Positions 8,990-17,945 of a stretch of DNA of 64,000 nucleotides are shown here, in pieces. Numbering within the stretch: the first letter of the stretch is position 1; each line of letters starts with the position of its first letter. The DNA is taken from positions 6,944,001 to 7,008,000 of the forward strand of contig CBDDPY010000002.1 in the NCBI GenBank assembly GCA_965232515.1, given 5' to 3'. Below the pieces are notes generated by a model that saw only the letters and a program-made list of their open reading frames with translations, had not been told where the DNA came from and did not search any database. Source of the stretch: Alphaproteobacteria bacterium (GTDB lineage Bacteria > Pseudomonadota > Alphaproteobacteria > GCA-2731375). The position numbers and the translations under genes are program-made.

Positions 8990-10279
8990 TTGTTCGAGAT
9001 CGCCCCCCCTTTGCTTGTTCTCGGGACGCTTGTCGTTCTGATCATGCTGCGCATGCCGGTCGTCTTCGCCATCGGCGTCGCGGTTTGCCTCTATTTCGTC
9101 GATCAGAGGCTGCCGCCCGCCAACATCGCCGTGCGTATGGGATCGGCGCTGGACGCCAGCGTGCTCATGGCAATCCCGCTCTACCTCATGGCCGGTGAGT
9201 TCATGAACCGGTCCGGAGCGACCGCGAGGCTCGTCAAGTCGGCCGAAGCGTGTCTGAGCTGGATGCGAGGCGGACTAGCCCAGGCAAACATCCTCTCGTC
9301 GCTCGTTTTCGCGGGAATGTCGGGCTCCGCACTGGCCGACTCGGCCGGCATCGGGAAGATCATGATTCCTGCGATGAAGGCGCGCGGCTACGACCCCGGA
9401 TTCGCCGCCGCGGTGACCGCGTCTTCTTCAATAATCGGCCCTGTTTTCCCGCCAAGCATTCCCATGATCGTCTTTGGATCGATTACGGGCACATCCGTTG
9501 GCGCCTTGTTCCTTGGAGGTGTTCTTCCAGGCTTGGCTCTCACTTTCGCCCTGATGGTGTGGGTATGGTTCGCGGCACGGAAGATGGCGCTGACCGACAG
9601 CGAGGGCGTGGCGCCTTCCGCATCCGCCATCCTGCGCACCCTCGGGGAGGCGGCGCTGCCGTTGGCAACGCCGGTCATCATCCTTTCGGGAATATTCTGG
9701 GGCTACATGACCCCGACCGAAGCCGGAGCGGTCGCGGCACTCTACGCGGCTCTTCTCGGCGCTCTCGTCTACAGAACCGTCTCGTGGAGAGATCTTCTCG
9801 AAGGATCAGGCCGCGCGATGGTGCTGACGGCGGCCGTCATGGCGCTGCTGGCGATCGCCGCGGTACTCGGCTGGATCATCACACTCGAAGGTATTGCCCG
9901 CGACGTCAGCGCACTACTCGGTGGGCGGGACGCAAGCCTGGTGCTGGTCGTCCTGACTATCGTCGTAGCCATGCTTGTCGTCGGGATGTTCATGGATTCC
10001 ACGGCGGCCATGCTTGTCTTCGTGCCCGTCTTTTCGCAAATCGCAATCGACGCGGGTCTTGCTCCGGTACAGTTCGGCATTCTGGTCATTGTCGCGCTTC
10101 TCATCGGTCTCATCACGCCGCCCGTGGGGTTCTGTCTTTTTGTGACGGCCTCGATCGCCGAGATCCCCGTGACTCGCGTGATCCGAGCCGCCTTGCCGCT
10201 GATCCTCCCAATTCTGCTTGTCCTGGCAGGCATCGTCGCCGTCCCGGCCATGACGACCTGGCTACCCGGTCTGATGTGA
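8990..10279 (+). CDS. dctM: TRAP transporter large permease
   Basis: AIPLY..AGE.M, GMSGSALAD, PPSIPMI, TPTEAG, ITPPVG. Confidence 0.93.
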   Translation: MFEIAPPLLVLGTLVVLIMLRMPVVFAIGVAVCLYFVDQRLPPANIAVRMGSALDASVLMAIPLYLMAGEFMNRSGATARLVKSAEACLSWMRGGLAQANILSSLVFAGMSGSALADSAGIGKIMIPAMKARGYDPGFAAAVTASSSIIGPVFPPSIPMIVFGSITGTSVGALFLGGVLPGLALTFALMVWVWFAARKMALTDSEGVAPSASAILRTLGEAALPLATPVIILSGIFWGYMTPTEAGAVAALYAALLGALVYRTVSWRDLLEGSGRAMVLTAAVMALLAIAAVLGWIITLEGIARDVSALLGGRDASLVLVVLTIVVAMLVVGMFMDSTAAMLVFVPVFSQIAIDAGLAPVQFGILVIVALLIGLITPPVGFCLFVTASIAEIPVTRVIRAALPLILPILLVLAGIVAVPAMTTWLPGLM

Positions 10280-10291
10280 AAAGAGGCCCCG

Positions 10292-11671
10292 ATGACACCA
10301 AGTTTACCAGACAGCGAGCTTCGCATCCTTTCCCACGGCATGCTGGGCTACGGGTTTCCAGTTGCCTCGCTCGAGCGCGCTATCGAAATCGGCCTTGATT
10401 TGATCGCCGTGGATGCGGGGAGCACGGATGCCGGTCCCTTCTATCTTGGGAGCGGCGCGCTTTTCGGCGCGCGTGAGATGGTCGTGCGGGACCTTCATAT
10501 GCTGGTCGAAGCGCAGGAGAATACCGGCGCGCCGATCATCATAGGTTCAGCCGGCGGCGCCGGGACGAACCGCCAGGTCGACGTCCTGCTCGAGGCGCTG
10601 TCCGAGGTGCTTATCGAGCGTGGGCTTTCCAAGAAAGTGGCGGTAATCCGCAGCGAGCTGGACAAGTCCATGGTTCACGGATCGCTCGACGAAGGCCGTG
10701 TCCGGACATTTGAGACCGAAGAAGCCTTGACGCACGGCGACATCGACGCGTCCCGCCACATCGTCGCACAGATCGGCCCCGAACCCATAATGGCGGCGCT
10801 CCGGAAAAAGCCAGACATCGTCATATCCGGCCGGGCCTGGGATGTCGCCAACGTGGCGGCGCTTCCGGTTTCGCTCGGCTACCCGAAAGGCCTCGCCTAT
10901 CATCTGGGCAAAATCCTTGAGTGTGGCGGACAGGCGGCGTTGCCTGTCGAGGGTTCGGACCTGCTGGTCGGGCGGCTCGCGTCCGATAGCTTCATCGTCG
11001 AGAGCCCACACGCCCGGAAGGTCTGTACGGTCGAATCGGTCTCCGCGCATACCCTTTACGAAAAAATCAATCCCATGCGGTTGCCCGGTCCGGGCGGCAT
11101 CGTGGATCTGACCAGAGCGCATTTCGAACAGATCGACGATGCGCGAGTCCGCGTCACCGGAAGCGGCTTCGAACCTTCTCCGGATTACACCTTGAAACTG
11201 GAGGGCGCGCGCCAGGTGGGTTTTCGACACGTCGCCATTGGCGGGATAAGAGATCCGCGCATGATTTCTCAAATCGAGCAGATCGAAGCCGAGATGCGAT
11301 CCCGGCTCGCGCAAAACCTGGAAGGACGGGTCGAGCCCGACGCCTATACGCTGACGATCCATCGTTATGGCCTCGACGGCGTGATGGGGCCTCTCGAGCC
11401 AATTCGGAAGCCGGGGCACGAACTGGGGCTTTTGGTGGACGCGGTCGGCGATACGCCTGAAATCGCTGAAACCGTCTGTGCGATGGCACGGTCGTTGCTT
11501 TTGCATTGGGGCTTCCCCGGCCGCATCGCCACGGCCGGCAACATGGCTTTCCCGTTCTCGCCGGCCGATCTTCCGGCCGGCAGGGTCTACGAGTTCAACA
11601 TCTATCACTTGATGGAAGTGGACGATCCGATCACCCTCTTTCCGTTCGAGATCCTGGAGATGCCTCGATGA
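10292..11671 (+). CDS. Acyclic terpene utilization AtuA-family (DUF1446) protein
   Basis: GMLGYGF, DAGSTD.GP.YLG, IGSAGGAG, HLGKILECG, AHTLYEK, ATAGN.AFPFSP. Confidence 0.8.
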   Translation: MTPSLPDSELRILSHGMLGYGFPVASLERAIEIGLDLIAVDAGSTDAGPFYLGSGALFGAREMVVRDLHMLVEAQENTGAPIIIGSAGGAGTNRQVDVLLEALSEVLIERGLSKKVAVIRSELDKSMVHGSLDEGRVRTFETEEALTHGDIDASRHIVAQIGPEPIMAALRKKPDIVISGRAWDVANVAALPVSLGYPKGLAYHLGKILECGGQAALPVEGSDLLVGRLASDSFIVESPHARKVCTVESVSAHTLYEKINPMRLPGPGGIVDLTRAHFEQIDDARVRVTGSGFEPSPDYTLKLEGARQVGFRHVAIGGIRDPRMISQIEQIEAEMRSRLAQNLEGRVEPDAYTLTIHRYGLDGVMGPLEPIRKPGHELGLLVDAVGDTPEIAETVCAMARSLLLHWGFPGRIATAGNMAFPFSPADLPAGRVYEFNIYHLMEVDDPITLFPFEILEMPR

Positions 11672-11976
11672 AGCTGGGAGAAATCGCGAAGGTCGTCCGC
11701 AGCAAGAATGCCGGTCCGTTCATCTTGACGTTCGACGTCATTTTGGCAGACGCAGAGGCTTTCGAGCGGCTACGTGCGAGCGCAACCCTAACACGCGAGA
11801 CCGTGGCGCGGGCGTACAGGGTCTCGCCCAACGAGATCCTCGAATTCGACTACTACCCCTTTGCAAACGCCGTCAAGTTCTCGCTCCGCCGTCCGGTGCC
11901 CTCTGGCGCTCCACGCGACACCGACGTCTACGGCGCTCAGCAGCATGTGCCATTGCTTGAGATAGAGATTGGTTGA
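11668..11976 (+). CDS. DUF4387 family protein
   Basis: MKLGEIAKVVRSKNAGPF.LTFD...DVYGAQQH.PL; ATGA-coupled to the AtuA-like gene. Confidence 0.8.
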   Translation: MKLGEIAKVVRSKNAGPFILTFDVILADAEAFERLRASATLTRETVARAYRVSPNEILEFDYYPFANAVKFSLRRPVPSGAPRDTDVYGAQQHVPLLEIEIG

Positions 11977-12775
11977 GCCTTCTCTCCCCGATCTGTCCGA
12001 GGCCGAGGCGAAAGGCGAGACGGCCGCTCTCTTCGATCGCATACGAGCCGAGAGCGGATCGGCGCTCGTAAACTACGTCTGGCGACATTTGGCGACGATC
12101 CCCGGAGGGGCGGCGCTGTGGTGCTGGGATGTCGCGATGGCAAACGATACGTCGCGCGCGCAGGCAGCGATCGCAACCGTTGCGGATCGGGAAGCCGCGG
12201 GCCTGGCTGGACCTCGACCGAGCTTCGCGTTCGCTGATCCTGTCGTGGTGCGCCTTCTCGAAGCATACAACCGAAACAACGCGGCAAATCTGGCGCGTGT
12301 CTCATTGCTGCTAGCGGCACTAGATGCGCCAACCGACCGTCACATCCGGCGAACGCAGGAAGAGCCGCAAGAGGAGGCTCCGCCGTGCAGTCCCGCTCGG
12401 GATTCCGGCCTGCCGCCGCTCCCGGAACCGGCCGACCTGTCCGAGACGGATCGGTCGGCCGCGGAACGCCTTGCAGAAGCGGGGCCCGCGGCGGGTTGTG
12501 GCGTGAGTCCCAGTCTCTGGCGCCATCTTACGGTGCACCACGGACTGTTGCCGCGCCTCGCTCCCGAGCTCTCGACGGTCCTCGGCAGCACGACCTTTGC
12601 GGCAGCGCATGATCAGGTCCGAAGCACCGCCAGACCAGACAATCGGCCGCGGCTACCGGACAGATCGGTTGAATTCGACGTAGCGGCCGTCAGACGCAGC
12701 CTCGAAGCTTTCGCGGCGCGCATCGCCGAGCTCACGCTGGCAGGCCGTGTCGTGGTCCGCTGGTGCTCTTCATGA
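11969..12775 (+). CDS. Hypothetical protein with two internal repeats, DehI/AhpD-like
   Basis: LPDLSE...VNYVWRHLATIPG is repeated as LPPLPE...PSLWRHLTVHHG; overlaps both operon neighbours. Confidence 0.6.
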   Translation: MVEPSLPDLSEAEAKGETAALFDRIRAESGSALVNYVWRHLATIPGGAALWCWDVAMANDTSRAQAAIATVADREAAGLAGPRPSFAFADPVVVRLLEAYNRNNAANLARVSLLLAALDAPTDRHIRRTQEEPQEEAPPCSPARDSGLPPLPEPADLSETDRSAAERLAEAGPAAGCGVSPSLWRHLTVHHGLLPRLAPELSTVLGSTTFAAAHDQVRSTARPDNRPRLPDRSVEFDVAAVRRSLEAFAARIAELTLAGRVVVRWCSS

Positions 12776-14127
12776 CCCGACAGCAAAAGGACAACATGCC
12801 GATGACGCTCGCTGAAACAGTCGAACTGCAACTTGCCCGCCAGGCGAGATTGAATCCTGAACTCCGGGCGCTGATTACCACTATGGATGCCGAAGCGCGT
12901 CACGACGCGGCCCGGACTACGGCCGCCGGTCCCCTCTCGGGACTTACCGTGTCGGTCAAGGACAACATCGATGTCGCGGGCGTGCGTAGCACTGCCGGTT
13001 CTACATTCTTCGCGGACCGCGTCGCCAACGCCGATGCCACAGTGTCGGCCAGGCTTCGTTCGGCTGGGGGGGTCATGATCGGGAAGGCGAACCTGCACGA
13101 GTTCGCTTTTGGCGGGACCACGCAGAACCCCCACCACGGGCGATGCCGAAATCCATGGGATACGGAGCGGATCCCAGGCGGGTCGTCGGGGGGATCCGGA
13201 GCTTCCGTGGCCGCTGGGATGTGCGACGTGTCGCTTGGTACGGACACCGGCGGGTCGATCCGGATTCCGGCGGCATTGAACGGCGTAGTGGGTCTGCGCC
13301 CCACTGTCGGACGTGTGCCGAACACCGGATCGGTCCCTGTCTCGGAACAGTTCGACACGATCGGTCCGCTCGCCTACTCGGCTCGGGACGCCGCAGCGGT
13401 GTTCGAGGCGATCGCGGGATATGATCCCAAGTGCGAGATGAGCGTCAACCACCCGGTGGAGAGCTGGACATCGATCCGCGCGCGTGGCCTAGGGGGGCTG
13501 AAGGTCGGAATCCCCCGGACGTTCTTCTTCGAGAGCATCGATCCGGAAGTGGAATCCGCTGTCCGTGCGCTGATAGGAACCCTCTCGGACCTCGGTCTCT
13601 TCGTGCATGAGATCGATCTGCCGGGGGCAGAGCACATCCACGCACAGTTGAGCAACGTTCTCCTCTGCGATGCAGCCGCGTACCACAGAAGGCGATTGGA
13701 GGAGGCGCCGGGCCGTTTTGGCGAGGATGTCAGAGAGCGCATGATGATCGGCTACAAAACCACCGGGCTGGATTACGCCGATGGACTCTTCGCTCAGAGG
13801 CAATGGCGGCGTCAGATTGAAGAGCTGTTCCAGGCGGTTGATCTGGTTGTCACCCCCACCGTAGGCTTCGCGGCACCGAGAATTTCCGAAAGCGCCCGTA
13901 TGATCGAGGCAACCCGGGGACTGACGCGTCTGACATTCCCATGGTCCTTTGCGCAGGTGCCGGCGCTTAGCCTGCCTTGCGGCTTTACCGGTGAAGGACT
14001 TCCGATCGGCGGACAGCTTGTTGGGCGGCACTTCGAAGAAGCACTGCTCTTCGCGGTCGCAGACGCCGTGCAGGAGGTGACGGAGTTTCACAAGAACCGA
14101 CCGGCGCTCTGGATCGATCATCCATAA
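12772..14127 (+). CDS. Amidase signature family amidase
   Basis: PLSG..VSVKD, GKANLHEFA, PGGSSGGS, GTDTGGSIRIPA (Ser-cisSer-Lys triad); alternative start 12796. Confidence 0.93.
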   Translation: MTRQQKDNMPMTLAETVELQLARQARLNPELRALITTMDAEARHDAARTTAAGPLSGLTVSVKDNIDVAGVRSTAGSTFFADRVANADATVSARLRSAGGVMIGKANLHEFAFGGTTQNPHHGRCRNPWDTERIPGGSSGGSGASVAAGMCDVSLGTDTGGSIRIPAALNGVVGLRPTVGRVPNTGSVPVSEQFDTIGPLAYSARDAAAVFEAIAGYDPKCEMSVNHPVESWTSIRARGLGGLKVGIPRTFFFESIDPEVESAVRALIGTLSDLGLFVHEIDLPGAEHIHAQLSNVLLCDAAAYHRRRLEEAPGRFGEDVRERMMIGYKTTGLDYADGLFAQRQWRRQIEELFQAVDLVVTPTVGFAAPRISESARMIEATRGLTRLTFPWSFAQVPALSLPCGFTGEGLPIGGQLVGRHFEEALLFAVADAVQEVTEFHKNRPALWIDHP

Positions 14128-14141
14128 CTCTCCGAGAAATC

Positions 14142-14855
14142 ATGAACACAGAGAAAACCACGCCGCTCCGCCTTGAACGCCGCCCCTCGTTGACACGCGC
14201 CGCGGCCAACCGTCTGCGGAAGGCCATCGTGGAAGGCGAGCTCCATCAGGGGCAGCATCTGGTTGAAACTGACATGGCGGAGAAGCTCGGGATCAGCCGG
14301 GGGCCGCTCAGGGAGGCGTTCAAGCTGCTCGCGGCCGAGGGACTCCTCGAGATCCGGCAGGAACGGGGGGTATTCGTACCCAGACATTCCGACGTCGAGG
14401 TCGAGCAAATGATCATTGCGCGCGCGATGATCGAGGGAACCGCCGCACGTCTCTTCGTTCTTCGCGCCGATCCGCAGATGCGAACTCGCCTTGAGGAGTT
14501 ACTGGCAGCGATGGAGGTCGAGGCCGAGAGCGCCGACACGAGCGCATGGCGCGAGGTCGACTGGAGGTTTCACGAAACGGTTCTTGTAGGCTCTGGCAAT
14601 CCTTTCCTCAGACGGGCCTGGGCAACAATCGGCACGCTCTTGCGCGTCTACATGATGCAGATGAACCGGCTCTACGACGAGCAAAGAGCGCAAGCCATGG
14701 AAAACCACAGACGTCTTGCAAAGGCGTTGCTGGGGGATGATCCAGCCGAAGCCGAGGCGCTATTCCGGAGAATAATTTTAACCACCGGCTACTTCGTTCT
14801 TGGCCGAAATGCGCCCGCTGGACTTGTCGATGAAGACGAGAACAAGGAGACGTGA
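14142..14855 (+). CDS. GntR family (FadR/FCD-type) transcriptional regulator
   Basis: LVETDMAEKLGISRGPLREA wHTH; D.RFH...SGNPFL FCD domain. Confidence 0.92.
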   Translation: MNTEKTTPLRLERRPSLTRAAANRLRKAIVEGELHQGQHLVETDMAEKLGISRGPLREAFKLLAAEGLLEIRQERGVFVPRHSDVEVEQMIIARAMIEGTAARLFVLRADPQMRTRLEELLAAMEVEAESADTSAWREVDWRFHETVLVGSGNPFLRRAWATIGTLLRVYMMQMNRLYDEQRAQAMENHRRLAKALLGDDPAEAEALFRRIILTTGYFVLGRNAPAGLVDEDENKET

Positions 14856-15030
14856 TGTCACCTTTCCAGCGGCTGAAGGAGGAGATCGCAGTCACCGACA
14901 CAGCCCTGTGCGACGGGCTGCAAACTTACCCTAAGTGTATTCGCTCGAGATCACGCTAGGCGTTCTCGAGGCTATCGTCGGAGCTGAACTCAGGATCGAC
15001 AGAGCTCACCTTTTTCGTGCGCCCTGATTG
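14855..15030 (+). pseudogene. Decayed 5' fragment of an HMG-CoA-lyase-like (DRE-TIM) gene
   Basis: RBS AAGGAG, then MSPFQRLKEEIAVTDTALCDGLQ; after frameshifts ...VLEAIVGAE... and ELTFFVRPD, compare RDGLQ / IE.TSFV.P. Confidence 0.55.
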
Positions 15031-15099
15031 ATTTGCTATCTTAAAACGCAGAACGCATTACAAAGCTCGAAACTGAATCAGCAAAGTAATGAAATTCTC

Positions 15100-15320
15100 C
15101 CCTGATTGCGAATTGTCGTGGTTTGAGGTGAGCGGTGGGGGGCCGGCGTGGACCAGTTGGTTGTCTTGGCGGCCCCTTCGGATGCCTATGCTCGTCGCAA
15201 TCAGGGAATCGACAGCCACGCAACAGCTGGCAGACTGGCGCTCAACGGCGACTCCGGCCGGATGCGCGTGAAGTCGATCGCAAACATCTCAACGAGCGCA
15301 TGCGTGGAAGGGACGGCGGA
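15100..15320 (+). other. Structured non-coding segment resembling an IS110-family left end, with no transposase
   Basis: 12-bp perfect IR CCCTGATTGCGA (15100-15111) / TCGCAATCAGGG (15195-15206) enclosing a GGGGCCG/CGGCCCC stem; the IS110 resemblance is from memory only. Confidence 0.35.
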
Positions 15321-15361
15321 TTTCGGCGCTGTCATCTGCGTGCGCTTGCGTAGCACGTTCG

Positions 15362-15472
15362 GAGATCCCCAGCATGATGGCCGAGGTCGACGCGCTGGCC
15401 GGACAAAGAATCATTCTGGACTATTTTCTCAAGCCCGTCGCCAAGGTCCGGAAAAAGGCCTTCCGCCAGTAG
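15362..15472 (+). pseudogene. C-terminal remnant of an HlyD-family type I secretion adaptor
   Basis: EIPSMMAEVDALAGQRIILDYFLKPVAKVRKKAFRQ*, compare PGM.AEV.I.TG.R..LDY.LKP. Confidence 0.65.
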
Positions 15473-15651
15473 GCACTGGTGCCGCGCAGGGATGTGCCTG
15501 CTTCCCGCGGCATCTGCCGTTTGCTCGCTTGCTGCCGCGGTTTCTCCGCTTCGTGCCTTGTGCCGGGTTCGGTCCGACCAACGAAAAGATAGAGATACCA
15601 ATATAGGCCTTTCTCCATCGCCTTGTAATGGTGGGGAAAAAAGACCGGTCG

Positions 15652-15765
15652 ATAGCGTTCCTGAGACAGGGCTCCTTCCGCAAGTTCCCGGTTGAACGGA
15701 AGGCCCAGGATGGTGTCTCGCAGCGCTCTGGTTTCCGCCCACGCGTATTCGGTGAACTTGCTCAT
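15652..15765 (-). pseudogene. tenA: Truncated TenA (thiaminase II) 5' fragment
   Basis: MSKFTEYAWAETRALRDTILGLPFNRELAEGALSQER, coupled to the thiD stop; similarity ends after ~38 codons. Confidence 0.7.
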
Positions 15766-16601
15766 GCGGTTTGGCGCTCCGGCAAATGGTCGGGCCACAA
15801 AGCATGGAAGTGATGCACCGGACCGTGGCCGTGACCCACATCGAGATGGCCACTCTCGCGGATGGCGTCGGTAGTGTAGCGCTTGGCCTCTTTAACGGCA
15901 TCTTCAACGGAAGAATGTCGTGGCAGAAGGGCCGCGATGGCGGCCGATAGCGTACAGCCTGTCCCGTGCGTGTTTTTCGTTGCGATACGATTGGCTTTTA
16001 GTTCGATGACGTCTTTCCCGTCAAACAGCAAGTCGGAACTGGTGGTCCCCTCCAGATGCCCGCCCTTGAGCAGAACGTGCGAGGGGCCGAGGTCGTGAAG
16101 GGCGCGCACGGTATCGTGCATGGCGTCAAAGGTCTTTGGTGTGTCTCGTCCGAGCAGGACGCCCGCTTCCGGAAGGTTCGGTGTAACGACCCTGGCGATC
16201 GGCAAAAGTTGATCGCGGACCGTTTCGATCGCCGTATCGTCCAGCAGCCGGTCGCCGCTCTTCGCCACCATCACTGGATCGAGGACGATGTTCGTGGCTT
16301 CATATCGTTGAAGGCGATCAACGATTATCGCGGCGACCTCCGCCGTATGCACCATTCCAATTTTCAAGGCATCGACTCGCACGTCAGAGAAAACGCTATC
16401 GATCTGCGCGGCGACGAAATCCACAGGCACGGCATGGACGAAATCGACGCCGCGCGTGTTCTGCGCAACAAGCGCTGTTATGACTGACATGCCGTAGGCG
16501 CCAAGGGCTGAGAAAGCCTTCAAGTCCGCCTGTATCCCTGCACTGCCGGTGGGATCGGTGCCGGCGATCGTCAGCAAGTTCGGGATTTTCGAAAGGGACA
16601 C
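15762..16601 (-). CDS. thiD: Hydroxymethylpyrimidine/phosphomethylpyrimidine kinase
   Basis: LTIAGTDP.G.AGIQADLK, DPVMVAKSG, TPNLPEA, KGGH, NTHGTGCTLS, GHGPVHH. Confidence 0.95.
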   Translation of the reverse strand: MSLSKIPNLLTIAGTDPTGSAGIQADLKAFSALGAYGMSVITALVAQNTRGVDFVHAVPVDFVAAQIDSVFSDVRVDALKIGMVHTAEVAAIIVDRLQRYEATNIVLDPVMVAKSGDRLLDDTAIETVRDQLLPIARVVTPNLPEAGVLLGRDTPKTFDAMHDTVRALHDLGPSHVLLKGGHLEGTTSSDLLFDGKDVIELKANRIATKNTHGTGCTLSAAIAALLPRHSSVEDAVKEAKRYTTDAIRESGHLDVGHGHGPVHHFHALWPDHLPERQTA

Positions 16602-16652
16602 GGTATCTTGTCTCTCAAGTTTGCCTTTGCCGCCGGTGCACAAGCTGTTCGT

Positions 16653-17102
16653 TCACTGGCCTTCGAAATGGAGCACGATCTCGCGTGGCCGAGGCTTTCG
16701 GCGATGCTCGAAGAGAAAGATGCCCTGGTAGCGTCCGAGCAACAGTTCTCCTTCGAAGATGGGGACCGCTAAATTGGTCTGCGTGAGCGCACCCTTGATG
16801 TGGGCGGGCATGTCGTCAGGCCCTTCCGCGTCATGACGGTAGAGCTCGATGTCTTCAGGCACTTGCGCCGCGAAGAAATCTTCCAGATCGCGCAGAACGT
16901 CGAAGTCTTCGTTTTCCTGGATGAGAAGCGACGCCGATGTATGCCGTATAAAGAGCGTCAGCAGCCCGGACGACAGAGAGTTTGCTTCAGCCCAATCCTG
17001 AATGTCCCCGGTGATCTCGTACAGCCCTTGTTTAGGCGTCGTCACGGTATGACGCGCTTGGGCGAATATTTTGAAGTATTGGGGCGATGTGACCGCATCC
17101 AT
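16653..17102 (-). CDS. yjbQ: YjbQ/UPF0047 secondary thiamine-phosphate synthase family protein
   Basis: HTSASL.IQEN.D, H..EGPDDMPAHIK, LG.YQGI.LFEHR. Confidence 0.9.
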   Translation of the reverse strand: MDAVTSPQYFKIFAQARHTVTTPKQGLYEITGDIQDWAEANSLSSGLLTLFIRHTSASLLIQENEDFDVLRDLEDFFAAQVPEDIELYRHDAEGPDDMPAHIKGALTQTNLAVPIFEGELLLGRYQGIFLFEHRRKPRPREIVLHFEGQ

Positions 17103-17113
17103 ATCAATCTTCC

Positions 17114-17461
17114 TCAATAGCGGGGCATGTCCGGTTCTATATGGCGCGACCATGCGTCGATCCCGCCGACAAGGTTCCAAGCGTTGTCAAATCCGTTCTT
17201 GCGAAGAAACTCCGTCACCATGGCGCTGCGTATGCCGTGATGGCAGACAACGATGAGCGGGTTCTTGCGGGGCAGCCCCTCGAGTTCGTTTGGAACTTGC
17301 TGCATCGAAATGGTGGCGCTGCCATCAATGATGCACACGGCCAGTTCCTCCGGTTCCCGAATATCGAGCACCAGGTGGGGAGCCCCGTCGTTTCGCATTT
17401 CGGCGAGTTGATGAACGCCGATATCGTGACTTGTTTCCTGCATCTCGTCCGCCCCGCTCAT
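17114..17461 (-). CDS. Single-domain rhodanese-like sulfurtransferase
   Basis: LDIREP.E, CHHGIRS active loop, NL.GGIDAWS..I.P..PRY. Confidence 0.9.
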   Translation of the reverse strand: MSGADEMQETSHDIGVHQLAEMRNDGAPHLVLDIREPEELAVCIIDGSATISMQQVPNELEGLPRKNPLIVVCHHGIRSAMVTEFLRKNGFDNAWNLVGGIDAWSRHIEPDMPRY

Positions 17462-17494
17462 GTATAGACACCAAGCGTTGCCGGGGTCGTTCGT

Positions 17495-17743
17495 CTAGTA
17501 ATTGATCGCATCCAGGAACACACAATCCGGCGGATCGGCCTCGCGCGGACCAAGGCGTTCGTCGTATCGGAACAAAGTCGCGCAGTAAGGACAGAGGATC
17601 GTGTCGTCCTTCCCCATGTCGAGATAGATGTGCGGGTGGTCCTGGGGCGCAGAAGCGCCGGCGCACTTAAACTCCTTCGTGCCGATGCGAATCTCCGAAA
17701 CTCCGTGATCGTTCTTGAACTTTGCATAGTTTTCATGGGCCAT
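17495..17743 (-). CDS. Zinc-finger (zf-CHCC, NDUFS6-like) domain protein
   Basis: C.GA..P.DHPHIYLDMG....CPYC. Confidence 0.85.
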   Translation of the reverse strand: MAHENYAKFKNDHGVSEIRIGTKEFKCAGASAPQDHPHIYLDMGKDDTILCPYCATLFRYDERLGPREADPPDCVFLDAINY

Positions 17744-17945
17744 TTCGCCCAGCCAACTCGTTCTCGATGATGCCAACTTCCGTAAACTGATGTTCCAGCG
17801 ACCGGTCGGTCAGCATGCCGCTGTCGATCAGCTTGCGAAGCTCGCCGAGCTTCGTCTCAAGTTCAGCCTTGCTGAACTTCGCCCAAGGATTCGCTTCCTT
17901 TGGCGATAGGCTCGTTTCCGGGCGCACGCACGACCGCTGCGTCAT
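17733..17945 (-). CDS. Small hypothetical protein (70 aa)
   Basis: ATG overlaps the nfuA stop and its own stop overlaps the next start; helical charged sequence. Confidence 0.5.
   Translation of the reverse strand: MTQRSCVRPETSLSPKEANPWAKFSKAELETKLGELRKLIDSGMLTDRSLEHQFTEVGIIENELAGRNGP

Noticed and set aside
15421-15798. 125-aa ORF as an intact TenA
   Set aside because: Only about 38 codons resemble TenA; the rest reads into unrelated DNA antisense to the HlyD remnant
16601-17200. TPP riboswitch ahead of thiD/yjbQ
   Set aside because: Genes are tightly packed and no TPP aptamer consensus is visible on the coding strand
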